A stretch of DNA of 64,000 nucleotides from a virus. The stretch covers positions 1 through 64,000 of IMG/VR virus record IMGVR_UViG_3300033553_000165; one strand, 5' to 3'. A program made the translations under genes and the position numbers. Shown here one piece after another: positions 19,794 to 28,343 of this stretch; the first letter of the stretch is position 1; the number at the start of each line of letters is the position of its first letter. The notes below the pieces were generated by a model. It was not told the DNA's origin, did no database searches, and worked only from the letters and a program-made list of their open reading frames with translations.

Positions 19794-20396
19794 TTACAAT
19801 TTTAACGATAGTTTCCTTTTGAGGGCAGTAAGTTTTTTCTTCGCCTCAGTATCGTTAATAACTGTTTTCGCTAAATCTATTTGTTGTGTTAGTTCTGTAA
19901 TCTTCCTGTTGATTGTCTCCATATGGTTTCGGTCAATCATTTCCTTCTGGAGAACGATACGGAAATATTCAGGCTCTGTCTCTTTATCAAGCCATTGTAT
20001 ATGACCGAATAATTCTAAGGTATCAATTACCGTATTGAATCTCTTCCAGCTAAGGTTGGTCAAATCCTTCCAACGTCGTCTCTGAGGAAAATTATTTTCA
20101 TTCTCATACTCCTTATTATGCTTTTCCATTTCATCAATAAGCTTATTGGCGAACCCGTGAGCATTTTCCTGCTCTTGCTTATTGGCTAAAAATTCCTTAA
20201 CCGCTTCCCCTTGCTTCAAACCTTTACGGTTATCAATGATGCTTATGATTTCCGGCTTCTCTAAATGTATAACTTGCATACTTGGATTTTTACAATGCTC
20301 TAACCACTGTTTCCTAAATTCCGCAAGCTGTTCTTCGGGAATATTACCGCCCATCATCAAGATAGGCTTAACTTCTTCTTCTACTTTTTTACTCAT
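19794..20396 (-). CDS. Hypothetical protein
   Basis: ORF track; coupled to terL. Confidence 0.7.
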   Translation of the reverse strand: MSKKVEEEVKPILMMGGNIPEEQLAEFRKQWLEHCKNPSMQVIHLEKPEIISIIDNRKGLKQGEAVKEFLANKQEQENAHGFANKLIDEMEKHNKEYENENNFPQRRRWKDLTNLSWKRFNTVIDTLELFGHIQWLDKETEPEYFRIVLQKEMIDRNHMETINRKITELTQQIDLAKTVINDTEAKKKLTALKRKLSLKL

Positions 20397-21009
20397 AATA
20401 ATAGGTTATTTCAATTTTGACTTTAGTTGCTTTTCCTTGTTGATTCTTAACCTTATCCAAAACCTTTAGTTCTGGGTCTTCTTTATGTTTTGCCGTTTTC
20501 ATAGGCATCTTGATAAAATCCCCTTTATGGGTTTTCATATAGGTCGGCTGGTGAAGCATATTATTTTTGGCTCTCCATCTCATCTCCTCAATCCAAGCAT
20601 CCTTGCGCTCCGCATATTCTACATTATTATCCTCTTCCTCAACTTCTTCCCCTTTAGCTTTCCGTGCCTCATCTAACTTCTCTTTAAGCTTCCTCGCTTT
20701 TCGATCTGCCTTTCTTCTAGCTTTCTCCTCGTCGCTAATTTTAGCAGCGCTCTCCCTTACCTTTTGATTCCCGTATTCAATAACCTCATCAACCATTTTG
20801 ATATCTGGGTGTCTATCCGCTATCCAAAGATAATTTTTACTATCAACCTTTTCAATTATCTTCAAAGATATAAGGTTTGAAAATACGGCTCGGCTGATCT
20901 TCCTTTCTTCTGTGAATGTTGAGGCAGTTAATTCCTCTTTCCTTTTGATCTGGGTATAAAGTTCTTGTAGAGCTTTAAAATACCTCTTTTGTGTTAACGT
21001 GTGTTCCAT
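20389..21009 (-). CDS. Hypothetical protein, possible N-terminal winged HTH
   Basis: ISRAVFSNLISLKIIEK..NYLW pattern. Confidence 0.55.
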   Translation of the reverse strand: MEHTLTQKRYFKALQELYTQIKRKEELTASTFTEERKISRAVFSNLISLKIIEKVDSKNYLWIADRHPDIKMVDEVIEYGNQKVRESAAKISDEEKARRKADRKARKLKEKLDEARKAKGEEVEEEDNNVEYAERKDAWIEEMRWRAKNNMLHQPTYMKTHKGDFIKMPMKTAKHKEDPELKVLDKVKNQQGKATKVKIEITYYYE

Positions 21010-21041
21010 TACTAAAAAATTTACGATTTAAAAATTCATTG

Positions 21042-21671
21042 TTAAAATTGGAACGACAACCTCAGCTTTTTATTTTCCGCCTTTTTTACAGCAACCGCTG
21101 AATTGCCTGATCTCAATTTGTTTATATAAACCTTGGCCATTTCTACAGTCGCCAAAGTATCATTCATCGCACGGTGAGCACCGCTTAATTCTACGTCTAT
21201 TTCTTTACAACAATTCCCCAAACTTAACGACGTAGCATCTTTATTGAACATCTTACTCAATAACATTGTACACATTGGGGTTGGGCTAAAAAAGTCAAAT
21301 AGTTCTTTATTACAACGCTCAAATAAGCTTCCGGTCATCCTTATATCAAATTGTACATTATGACCCACTAAGATGGGACGGTTTTCCGGACGACTATTCG
21401 GTGAGTTCTTCTTGGCAAAATCAATAATAAGCTTCACCGCTTCCTTTTTATCGTATCCGTTATTAATATCAACCATCTTCAATCCCGTGACGTCTAATGC
21501 CCCCTTAGTGATTTCTAGATCATCATACGGCTTAATATACATTTCGAACCTATTAAGTTCCTTCAACGAACTTCCGTCAAGTGCTACTAAGGCTATTTGT
21601 GTAATGGGGTTTTCCTTTTCAGAAAGACCCCCAGTTTCACAATCGAATACAATATAATTCGCTTTTTTCAT
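21042..21671 (-). CDS. dnaQ: DEDDh 3'-5' exonuclease (DNA Pol III epsilon-like)
   Basis: VFDCETGG, VGHNVQFDI, AHRAMND. Confidence 0.9.
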   Translation of the reverse strand: MKKANYIVFDCETGGLSEKENPITQIALVALDGSSLKELNRFEMYIKPYDDLEITKGALDVTGLKMVDINNGYDKKEAVKLIIDFAKKNSPNSRPENRPILVGHNVQFDIRMTGSLFERCNKELFDFFSPTPMCTMLLSKMFNKDATSLSLGNCCKEIDVELSGAHRAMNDTLATVEMAKVYINKLRSGNSAVAVKKAENKKLRLSFQF

Positions 21672-21881
21672 TTATTCAAGCATTTCTGTAATTAACGTTG
21701 GGTGAACGCTTTGAATCTTATTGTCTTCACCCTGTATCATATAAGTATCATAGGACATAACCTGACCCGTATCATTTACAAATGAATTACGGAATTTATC
21801 AAGTACAACTCCTGAACCCGTTTGAGTCGTATCATTATCGACTGGGAACTCATAACCTACTTTTTTACCAATTATTGACAT
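21672..21881 (-). CDS. Hypothetical protein
   Basis: Start moved to MSIIGKK to avoid overlapping dut. Confidence 0.6.
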   Translation of the reverse strand: MSIIGKKVGYEFPVDNDTTQTGSGVVLDKFRNSFVNDTGQVMSYDTYMIQGEDNKIQSVHPTLITEMLE

Positions 21882-21903
21882 ATCTATTTCTGTTTTTAAA
21901 TTA

Positions 21904-22338
21904 CTACTTATTTCCCGTGCTACCAAAACCGCCTTCACCTCTTTGGGTTGGATCAAGTTTACTGACTTCTACCCAATCGGCTCTTTCGTGCTTAGCTATT
22001 ACCAATTGGGCGATACGGTCTCCTGCTGAAATTACAACTCTTTCGTTTGAAAGGTTTACCAAGATAACTCCAATTTCTCCCCGATAGTCAGCGTCAATAG
22101 TTCCTGGGGAATTTAATACGGTAATTCCTTGTTTGGCTGCTAAACCGCTTCTGGGTCTAACTTGAGCCTCAACTCCCGTTGGTAACTGGATGAAAAGTCC
22201 TGTTGGGATAACCCTTCTTTCTAATGGTCCTAATTCTACTAAGTCTTTTAAAACCGCTCTCAGATCCATTCCGGCAGATTGCCAAGTTTCATACTTTGGT
22301 AAATCGTGACCCGATTTGTTGATAATTTTAATATCCAT
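21904..22338 (-). CDS. dut: dUTPase (trimeric)
   Basis: [40 protein letters not shown]. Confidence 0.97.
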   Translation of the reverse strand: MDIKIINKSGHDLPKYETWQSAGMDLRAVLKDLVELGPLERRVIPTGLFIQLPTGVEAQVRPRSGLAAKQGITVLNSPGTIDADYRGEIGVILVNLSNERVVISAGDRIAQLVIAKHERADWVEVSKLDPTQRGEGGFGSTGNK

Positions 22339-22356
22339 TTTTATAAATTAATTGAT

Positions 22357-22620
22357 TTAACTTCCTTCTATAACTTTGATGAATTCGTGGCTCTCTAGAA
22401 CCATCATAAGAGTCTCCATTTTATTGTCTCTAAGTTCTTCGGTCTTATAGCTAAATGTTAACGGCATATCGGTACCAAACCCTTCGTTGTAAGGTCGGTT
22501 AAATTCGATATTATAATCCATCCTCAAATCATTATCATTCCACCGCTCCGCTTTCTCTACAAATTTGATTTTATAAACATCAATCAGTTTACCTTCAAAC
22601 GCCAAAAGTGTCTTGCTCAT
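22357..22620 (-). CDS. Hypothetical protein
   Basis: ORF track. Confidence 0.65.
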   Translation of the reverse strand: MSKTLLAFEGKLIDVYKIKFVEKAERWNDNDLRMDYNIEFNRPYNEGFGTDMPLTFSYKTEELRDNKMETLMMVLESHEFIKVIEGS

Positions 22621-23185
22621 CTGTATGGTTTTTTATCTTTTCGCCTTTAGGCTTATTAAATTGATCTTCGTGTTGCTTGGATATTTTATCATCCTCTTCA
22701 CGCTTGTCCTCTTCTTCCTTTTCCTTTCTACGTTTTCTTATGTTCATAATTAAATCATCTATTTGTTCAATGTTTAGTTTAAATTTATCCGCCAATATTT
22801 TAACGTCTTTTTCAGAAATTCCCGTATCAACAAATGATCTGGGGTGTTGAGTCATAAATGTAAATGCTAATTCCTCAAAAAGAAATGGGGAAGATAACTC
22901 CCCCTCCTCATTTTTAATACGTGCCTTTAATATTGCCAACTCCCGTCTCCAATCTTCATAACATTCCTCATAAAACTCAATCTTCTTAATAGCTTTCATA
23001 CACGCCACGTGGGTCTTCATCTTGAATTTGGCTCCGATAGCTTCGTAACCAGCTCCTTCAATTTTCCAAATGAGATATTGGCATATATGCTTGGGTCGGA
23101 TGATTTCTGTCTTCCTTGTCTTTGACGTCATTAATTCTTTATCAACTCCATAAAAGTCCGAAACGATCCGTATAATCCTTTCCAC
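22595..23185 (-). CDS. DnaA C-terminal (domain IV)-like HTH protein
   Basis: IIRIVSDFYGV..LMTSKTRKTEII.PKHICQYL..IGAKF..H....AIKKIE. Confidence 0.8.
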   Translation of the reverse strand: MERIIRIVSDFYGVDKELMTSKTRKTEIIRPKHICQYLIWKIEGAGYEAIGAKFKMKTHVACMKAIKKIEFYEECYEDWRRELAILKARIKNEEGELSSPFLFEELAFTFMTQHPRSFVDTGISEKDVKILADKFKLNIEQIDDLIMNIRKRRKEKEEEDKREEDDKISKQHEDQFNKPKGEKIKNHTDEQDTFGV

Positions 23186-23401
23186 TTAGGAAATCTGTTT
23201 GAAATTTAGCTTTCTCTCAGATAGGAAGGCTTCTATTTTCTCTCCCTCTTCCTTATCCTTAACGCTGAAGTAAATTAGTTCGGTGCCCCCTTTGCGCTTC
23301 CCTACGGAGATCTGGAGTGTGTTGAAGTGCTTAAGCATTTGCTTGTGCGCTTTCTTAACGTTGTACGAAGTTTCTAATTGGTAACGGAAATTTTTTGACA
23401 T
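23186..23401 (-). CDS. Hypothetical protein
   Basis: ORF track; AATCGTAAA leader. Confidence 0.6.
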   Translation of the reverse strand: MSKNFRYQLETSYNVKKAHKQMLKHFNTLQISVGKRKGGTELIYFSVKDKEEGEKIEAFLSERKLNFKQIS

Positions 23402-23876
23402 TGCTTGGTAGTTTTACGATTGTAACATTAAAATCTTTTAGCTCTTTTCTAATTAACTTTGAAACCTCTTTCCAATCTCCTCCGGCAATTCCGCACCCTA
23501 TTAATGGTAACCCTATATTAATCGCCTCAATATCATCTTCACTCAGCGTTTCTTTCATAACGGTTGCGAACTCACGAAAAGAACTTTCTAAGGCTTTAAT
23601 CCTTAAATCTGGTCCTGGCATAAATTGGGTATAAAAATTGACTACCATAACGCCATATTTTATATTTTCTCCAACTGTGAAGCTTCCTAATCTTTTTTCT
23701 GGTGTAGCTTTCCAATTCTGATCTGCTTTATAAGCTTCCGGAAAAGCTTCTTTGATTGGTTTAGCAATTCCTGCCTGCATAGTAGCGAAGCAATTACATC
23801 CGTGGCCAATGATATCAAACTTACCAGCCTTCGCCAGTACGATCAAATCGCCTTCAATTTCTTTATAAGTTCCCAT
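23355..23876 (-). CDS. Macrodomain ADP-ribose-binding/hydrolase protein
   Basis: GDL, IGHGCNC..MQAGIA, NFYTQ, LPLIGCGIAGGDW. Confidence 0.9.
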   Translation of the reverse strand: MGTYKEIEGDLIVLAKAGKFDIIGHGCNCFATMQAGIAKPIKEAFPEAYKADQNWKATPEKRLGSFTVGENIKYGVMVVNFYTQFMPGPDLRIKALESSFREFATVMKETLSEDDIEAINIGLPLIGCGIAGGDWKEVSKLIRKELKDFNVTIVKLPSNVKKFPLPIRNFVQR

Positions 23877-24074
23877 TTTGAATATATTTCCGTTTTAAAG
23901 ATAAACCTTGTAAATTATTTTCTTTGGTAAATTTTTTCCTTTTGTTCAACTTCTTTTACCAATTCGTAAGAAATATAAAAAGAAACCGCCAATAATAATA
24001 CAACAACGGCAACGCTTAATTTGAGATTTTTATACATAACTCTAAGACCTTTAGCTTCTTAGAAATAATACCTG

Positions 24075-24329
24075 TTAATTAACGGCATCGTAACAGTCCG
24101 TACATATTTGCTCGTCGTCATCTGCTCTTTCAACCGTTTCGCACCACCAATTACATTCCCCACATAGGAAAATTTCCCCGTCAATTTCCTTACATTGATC
24201 TTCTGTTAAAGAATCCTCGTCTAAATCGTCATTTCCCGTCACTTCTTGAATCGCTCCAGATAGCGTGTCGCAAGTTCCCTGAAGAGTCTCTATAATCTCT
24301 TGAACCTCGCTGTTTTTGATCTTAGTCAT
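24075..24329 (-). CDS. Small zinc-finger protein
   Basis: CGECNWWC..CTDC. Confidence 0.65.
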   Translation of the reverse strand: MTKIKNSEVQEIIETLQGTCDTLSGAIQEVTGNDDLDEDSLTEDQCKEIDGEIFLCGECNWWCETVERADDDEQICTDCYDAVN

Positions 24330-24334
24330 CTTAT

Positions 24335-24871
24335 TTACCTTTTGATTTCAAATATTACCGTCGTATCATTCAATCTGGATACGAATAACGTATAAACTAA
24401 TCCCCTCGGAAGGTTGTGAAGGCTTATCAGATCATTATTCACATAAAAGGTTTTTGATATTCCTCTTCCCTCAATCGCAACTTGATAAATCTTACTTTTA
24501 GAATGTAAACGCAATATGCTATTCTTATCGTCTTCCCATTCCCAAGTTATGATATTTGCTATGGTTCTATTATAATTGGTAAGGTTGGTAACAGGCTCCG
24601 GAGATTGCTTCCCTCTAATCCTAATCGGAACCGCCTTTTTACCGTTGATCCAAATTAAGGAATTACCATCAACTATAATTTCCCCAATCCCTGTGATATT
24701 TCCCATCACGTCAAGATGAGTGTTGATGAGCTTTAAGGTTTTGTTGTTAAGGTGAATCGCTTGGTATTTTAATTCCTTATTGTAAATCTCTTGATCTACG
24801 TCTACGTCTAAAATCTGAGAATGCGCCCCCAGAGAGAGCGCAAACATCAGTGTAATTAATTTCCCTTTCAT
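24335..24871 (-). CDS. Secreted protein with T9SS type-A CTD-like C-terminus
   Basis: Signal peptide MKGKLITLMFALSLGAHS|Q; C-terminus ISLHNLPRGLVYTLFV..IFEIKR. Confidence 0.55.
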   Translation of the reverse strand: MKGKLITLMFALSLGAHSQILDVDVDQEIYNKELKYQAIHLNNKTLKLINTHLDVMGNITGIGEIIVDGNSLIWINGKKAVPIRIRGKQSPEPVTNLTNYNRTIANIITWEWEDDKNSILRLHSKSKIYQVAIEGRGISKTFYVNNDLISLHNLPRGLVYTLFVSRLNDTTVIFEIKR

Positions 24872-24872
24872 C

Positions 24873-25505
24873 TTAGCTTTTTAGGTTTAATTCTGCCTTT
24901 TGAGCATAGTCCTTACTGGAGTTGATATTGCTCCAATAGTTATGACCTTGTGGAGTATCGTCCCAGTCAAAGGCTGCTTTTAAAGATACCTTATGAAGAT
25001 CAAAATCCGAATCCATAACTTTTCTGGTTGTATCAGCGTCCTCAAAAAACGCTCTATCAAAGTAACCTTTCGCCATTTCTCTTAACCCTTGAGGAAGGCT
25101 TCCTAATGTTCCGTCAAACTCGAACTCCTCAACTTCCGCTTCCGGAGCCACCTCAACTTCTGGTTGTGGATAGGTGTTAGGCTTGATGGTTACTTGGATT
25201 GGAAGTCCCCAACCTTGGAAGTAAGTGTGGTGGTTCATATTTCTAACGTCGTCCATACGGTTGATCGCTATCCCTCTATATTTCTTTACCGATATGTCCT
25301 CGGTAGAAATTCCGGCTAAACCGCTATTCTTTACCAACTGCTCTATAAGGTCTCCTGTTAGTTTGTCGTAACAGCTTTTCTCAAGATAGATGGCTTCTGG
25401 TTGGGCGCCCATTTGTTCGATCATTCCGATCTGTTGTCCAATAATTGATTGGATGGTTGCGATTTCGATGTTAACGTTTGCGGAAGTGTTTGATTCTGTA
25501 CACAT
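24873..25505 (-). CDS. Hypothetical early protein
   Basis: After early promoter copy 3; FDWDDTPQGHNYW motif. Confidence 0.7.
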   Translation of the reverse strand: MCTESNTSANVNIEIATIQSIIGQQIGMIEQMGAQPEAIYLEKSCYDKLTGDLIEQLVKNSGLAGISTEDISVKKYRGIAINRMDDVRNMNHHTYFQGWGLPIQVTIKPNTYPQPEVEVAPEAEVEEFEFDGTLGSLPQGLREMAKGYFDRAFFEDADTTRKVMDSDFDLHKVSLKAAFDWDDTPQGHNYWSNINSSKDYAQKAELNLKS

Positions 25506-25544
25506 AATTTTACGATTTAAAAGTGAATATTTAATTGTTTTCTT

Positions 25545-25590
25545 TTACAAAGATATAACGAAATTTACAAAGAAAAAAATATTTTGTAAA
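25545..25590 (-). promoter_or_regulatory. Early promoter repeat copy 3
   Basis: TTTACAAAATATTTTTTTCTTTG..TATATCTTTGTAA. Confidence 0.8.
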
Positions 25591-25628
25591 CTTTTTTACT
25601 TATTTTGTAAACTTTAACGTTTTGTAAA

Positions 25629-25895
25629 TTAGAAGTCCTCGTCTTTAGGAGCTTTTGTCTCCATCGTCCTTTTTACAAAAGCTTTTAGTTCTTTATACTT
25701 TACCTCATTAAAGTTCTTTTCATAGAACACATCTATTTTAGTTTCTTTAAGACCGCTCGGTATAATAAGAATGTAGTAACTATCACTCATCCCCATTTTT
25801 TCAATTGATGATCCAAGTTCGGCTATCTTAGCCTGTGACGCTTGGGCTTCGTGAACCCTTATCGTCAGTATCGGTTTTGGTTGTTTTCTTTCCAT
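25629..25895 (-). CDS. Hypothetical protein
   Basis: ORF track. Confidence 0.6.
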   Translation of the reverse strand: MERKQPKPILTIRVHEAQASQAKIAELGSSIEKMGMSDSYYILIIPSGLKETKIDVFYEKNFNEVKYKELKAFVKRTMETKAPKDEDF

Positions 25896-26061
25896 TTTTT
25901 ACATCTTTTATAAATCTGTTCTTTATACCTACTTCAACCCGCATTAGTGCTTCGGTTAATATTCCAAGTACTTCGTACTCGTGTAAACCTTCCAACGTTG
26001 TACTTGTACGGATCGCATCTCCTTCGTCAAATATCTCAATCGTTATCTTCTTTTTCGCCAT
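25828..26061 (-). CDS. Hypothetical protein
   Basis: ORF track. Confidence 0.55.
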   Translation of the reverse strand: MAKKKITIEIFDEGDAIRTSTTLEGLHEYEVLGILTEALMRVEVGIKNRFIKDVKNGKKTTKTDTDDKGSRSPSVTG

Positions 26062-26209
26062 TAGCTAATAAATTAAATTTCTCAATTATGTTTTCAGTTT
26101 GTTCGTTTGTTAATTTGTGACGGGTCTTTACTTTATTCTCCAACCAATCAAAAAACATTTCTGCTTCCTTAATAGGGCAATAATCTTTACTTAAAATTAA
26201 AATGTTCAT
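26036..26209 (-). CDS. Small hypothetical protein (57 aa)
   Basis: Hand translation MNILILSKDYCPIKEAEMFF..; AACCGTAAA leader. Confidence 0.55.
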   Translation of the reverse strand: MNILILSKDYCPIKEAEMFFDWLENKVKTRHKLTNEQTENIIEKFNLLANGEKEDND

Positions 26210-26228
26210 ATCAAAATTTTTTACGGTT

Positions 26229-26305
26229 AAAAAAACTGCCCCGATAACGTCCCCTACAGACTTGGCGAGTATAAGAGCTCAAACCTTCTAATCGGGACAG
26301 CTTAA
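26229..26305 (-). ncRNA. Candidate small structured RNA
   Basis: 11-bp closing stem GCUGUCCCGAU/AUCGGGGCAGU (G-U pairs form only on the minus strand), two inner hairpins, U-tract, own promoter motif at 26313. Confidence 0.55.
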
Positions 26306-26312
26306 ATTAGTA

Positions 26313-26322
26313 AACCGTGTAA
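26313..26322 (-). promoter_or_regulatory. Putative middle-promoter motif TTACACGGTT
   Basis: Sits between a terminator and the candidate sRNA. Confidence 0.6.
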
Positions 26323-26323
26323 A

Positions 26324-26353
26324 GAAAAAAGTCCCGAACCGCAGTCCAGGACA
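26324..26353 (-). terminator. Intrinsic terminator
   Basis: GTCCTGGACT-GC-GGTTCGGGAC followed by TTTTTT. Confidence 0.75.
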
Positions 26354-26382
26354 AAAAACCAGATGTAGGGCAAATCCGATTT

Positions 26383-26595
26383 CTATTCAGCTTCCTTCTG
26401 GCGTACCCTTTCCAAGTGAGCCTTCCGGACAATTTCATCATATACGGTTTTCCGAGGATACCCCCTAAACCATATGGTAATATTACTTACAAATAATTCC
26501 ATTAGATACAAAATAAAATGTAGAAATATAGCTATTAGGATAAGGCATCCCCAGAATACCCAAAACCCACTAAACATAAAGTTAATAATCTGCAT
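26383..26595 (-). CDS. Small membrane protein
   Basis: Hydrophobic N-terminal half. Confidence 0.6.
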   Translation of the reverse strand: MQIINFMFSGFWVFWGCLILIAIFLHFILYLMELFVSNITIWFRGYPRKTVYDEIVRKAHLERVRQKEAE

Positions 26596-26725
26596 ACTGT
26601 CTTTCTTTGTTCTTCTTGTTCTTACGGTTGTCTTTGTAAGCGATATACATTACCGCTATGAAACTTGTGGTTCCGCTTACTATTATAAGTGAGCCGATAA
26701 ATGTCCATAAATTAAATACTTCCAT
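26582..26725 (-). CDS. Small membrane protein (47 aa)
   Basis: Hand translation MEVFNLWTFIGSLIIVSGTTSFIAVMYIAY plus basic tail. Confidence 0.5.
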   Translation of the reverse strand: MEVFNLWTFIGSLIIVSGTTSFIAVMYIAYKDNRKNKKNKERQYADY

Positions 26726-26745
26726 TAGTGGGGGATTTTAGGTTA

Positions 26746-27111
26746 TTATTTTTCTGATTTAAAAATTATTAATCTCATTGTTATTTTTTGATGATCTGGA
26801 TTGGTAGCAAAAACGGGATTTATTCTCTCTGTAATTATTTCTATGAATTTACCTGCTTCCTCAAGCAATTCCCTTCTCATTACCTGCTTCTCATACGTGA
26901 GCATTTTAGAATTAATATCTACTATCCTTTCGCTTCTTAATACAATCGGCTTAGCGCTCTGTTCTATGAACCGAGGAGGCATACTCGTCAGTTCTTTAGA
27001 TTTCTCCTTTAATTTCTTTTCTAGCTTCCTAATCTTAGAGGTGTAATGCGATAATAATAAAACTATACACGTCCCAGCTATCACTACAAGGTATAAATAT
27101 TCCTGCCACAT
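26746..27111 (-). CDS. Membrane-anchored hypothetical protein
   Basis: N-terminal TM helix plus coiled coil. Confidence 0.6.
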   Translation of the reverse strand: MWQEYLYLVVIAGTCIVLLLSHYTSKIRKLEKKLKEKSKELTSMPPRFIEQSAKPIVLRSERIVDINSKMLTYEKQVMRRELLEEAGKFIEIITERINPVFATNPDHQKITMRLIIFKSEK

Positions 27112-27425
27112 TACTTTACAATTTTTAATTGGTTATCCTCATCGTCATCCTCAGATGATGGTAAATCTTTTTCCGTCTCGTCAATGATTTCTTCCGGTTC
27201 TGGAAATAAAGTTTGCGTATCTTTTACAACTACCTTCCCTTGAGAAACTATTTGTAAAGGCTCTACGTGTTTACTCCGGATAGGCTCTAAGGTCGCTTGG
27301 AGTTGATACTCCCTCCCCCTTACCTTTAAGACTCCGATTGCTACGGTGACCTCTTCCGTAATACTCTTGTCTTGATTAACGGCTTCCGCTAATACGTTTA
27401 CAATTTGTCCTAATTCAATTTCCAT
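27111..27425 (-). CDS. Hypothetical protein
   Basis: ORF track. Confidence 0.6.
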   Translation of the reverse strand: MEIELGQIVNVLAEAVNQDKSITEEVTVAIGVLKVRGREYQLQATLEPIRSKHVEPLQIVSQGKVVVKDTQTLFPEPEEIIDETEKDLPSSEDDDEDNQLKIVK

Positions 27426-27657
27426 CTCTTCTTAATTCAATTAATTTTTCTACTTTAAATTTTCTGTCTAAAAATACGTTTGCATTTGGATTTTCATCAA
27501 AAGCATTATCTACTTCCGCTACAAATTCGTTAACCGTGGGATACCTTTCAGCTTCGTCTTCATCACGAACCCAAGAACTATCACCTTCCCACCACTTACC
27601 ATTATAGTATCTTCCGGTGTCGGCATCTTTAATTACTATAAATTCCTCAACTAACAT
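27415..27657 (-). CDS. Hypothetical protein
   Basis: ORF track. Confidence 0.6.
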   Translation of the reverse strand: MLVEEFIVIKDADTGRYYNGKWWEGDSSWVRDEDEAERYPTVNEFVAEVDNAFDENPNANVFLDRKFKVEKLIELRRDGN

Positions 27658-27919
27658 CTTTATCCTTTTTGTTTAAATATGCGGGACGATTTAATACCTT
27701 CCCATTGATTTGATTTAACTCTGTAACGATATCCGTTCCTACCCTTATAAATTTACGGTTGTCCAATAATATATCTTCTGTCGTTTGGTACCTTTGCCGT
27801 CCTCTGTACCCGCATTCCGGTCTATCAGGCTCATCCAGTCTTTTACTACCTATAAATTTCGTACCAATATAATAGTCTATTGAATACCCCAATACCTCAA
27901 ATCTATTCTCTTTTTCCAT
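27647..27919 (-). CDS. Hypothetical protein
   Basis: ORF track. Confidence 0.6.
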   Translation of the reverse strand: MEKENRFEVLGYSIDYYIGTKFIGSKRLDEPDRPECGYRGRQRYQTTEDILLDNRKFIRVGTDIVTELNQINGKVLNRPAYLNKKDKDVS

Positions 27920-28202
27920 CTTGAATAAATTTTTCGTATAATTTCTCTAATGTAAAAAATTGTATCTCTACCAATTCGCCTTCCGTGACTAAGTGAATGA
28001 CTTTTTCATTACTTAATCTCCAGCGCCCCATCTCCGTATCAGGTATGTATCCGGAATCTATTACCCAATCTAAAAAACTTATAGATTCTTCTTCTACGTG
28101 CTTCTTTATCCGCTTATTAAAATTGAAGAAAATTAGGAATAACATTACCACGAGAGATAAAATTAGTACCGACAGGAAGATAACGCTTATAATTTCATAC
28201 AT
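27903..28202 (-). CDS. Membrane-anchored hypothetical protein
   Basis: N-terminal TM helix. Confidence 0.6.
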   Translation of the reverse strand: MYEIISVIFLSVLILSLVVMLFLIFFNFNKRIKKHVEEESISFLDWVIDSGYIPDTEMGRWRLSNEKVIHLVTEGELVEIQFFTLEKLYEKFIQDGKRE

Positions 28203-28343
28203 AATTTCTAACTATTTAAAACCCTAAATCAATCCCTTGCAAACTGTTCATCTCGGTGAATTAATAAACCAAAAGAGAATTAAAAATAACAGTTGAGATT
28301 CTTTGAACTCGTAGTGAATATCATTAGGGTTTATTTCTACCTA

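Noticed and set aside
26229-26353. Possible tRNA (GGTTCG) or self-cleaving ribozyme
   Set aside because: GGTTCG is part of a terminator stem; no cloverleaf, hammerhead or twister core recognised
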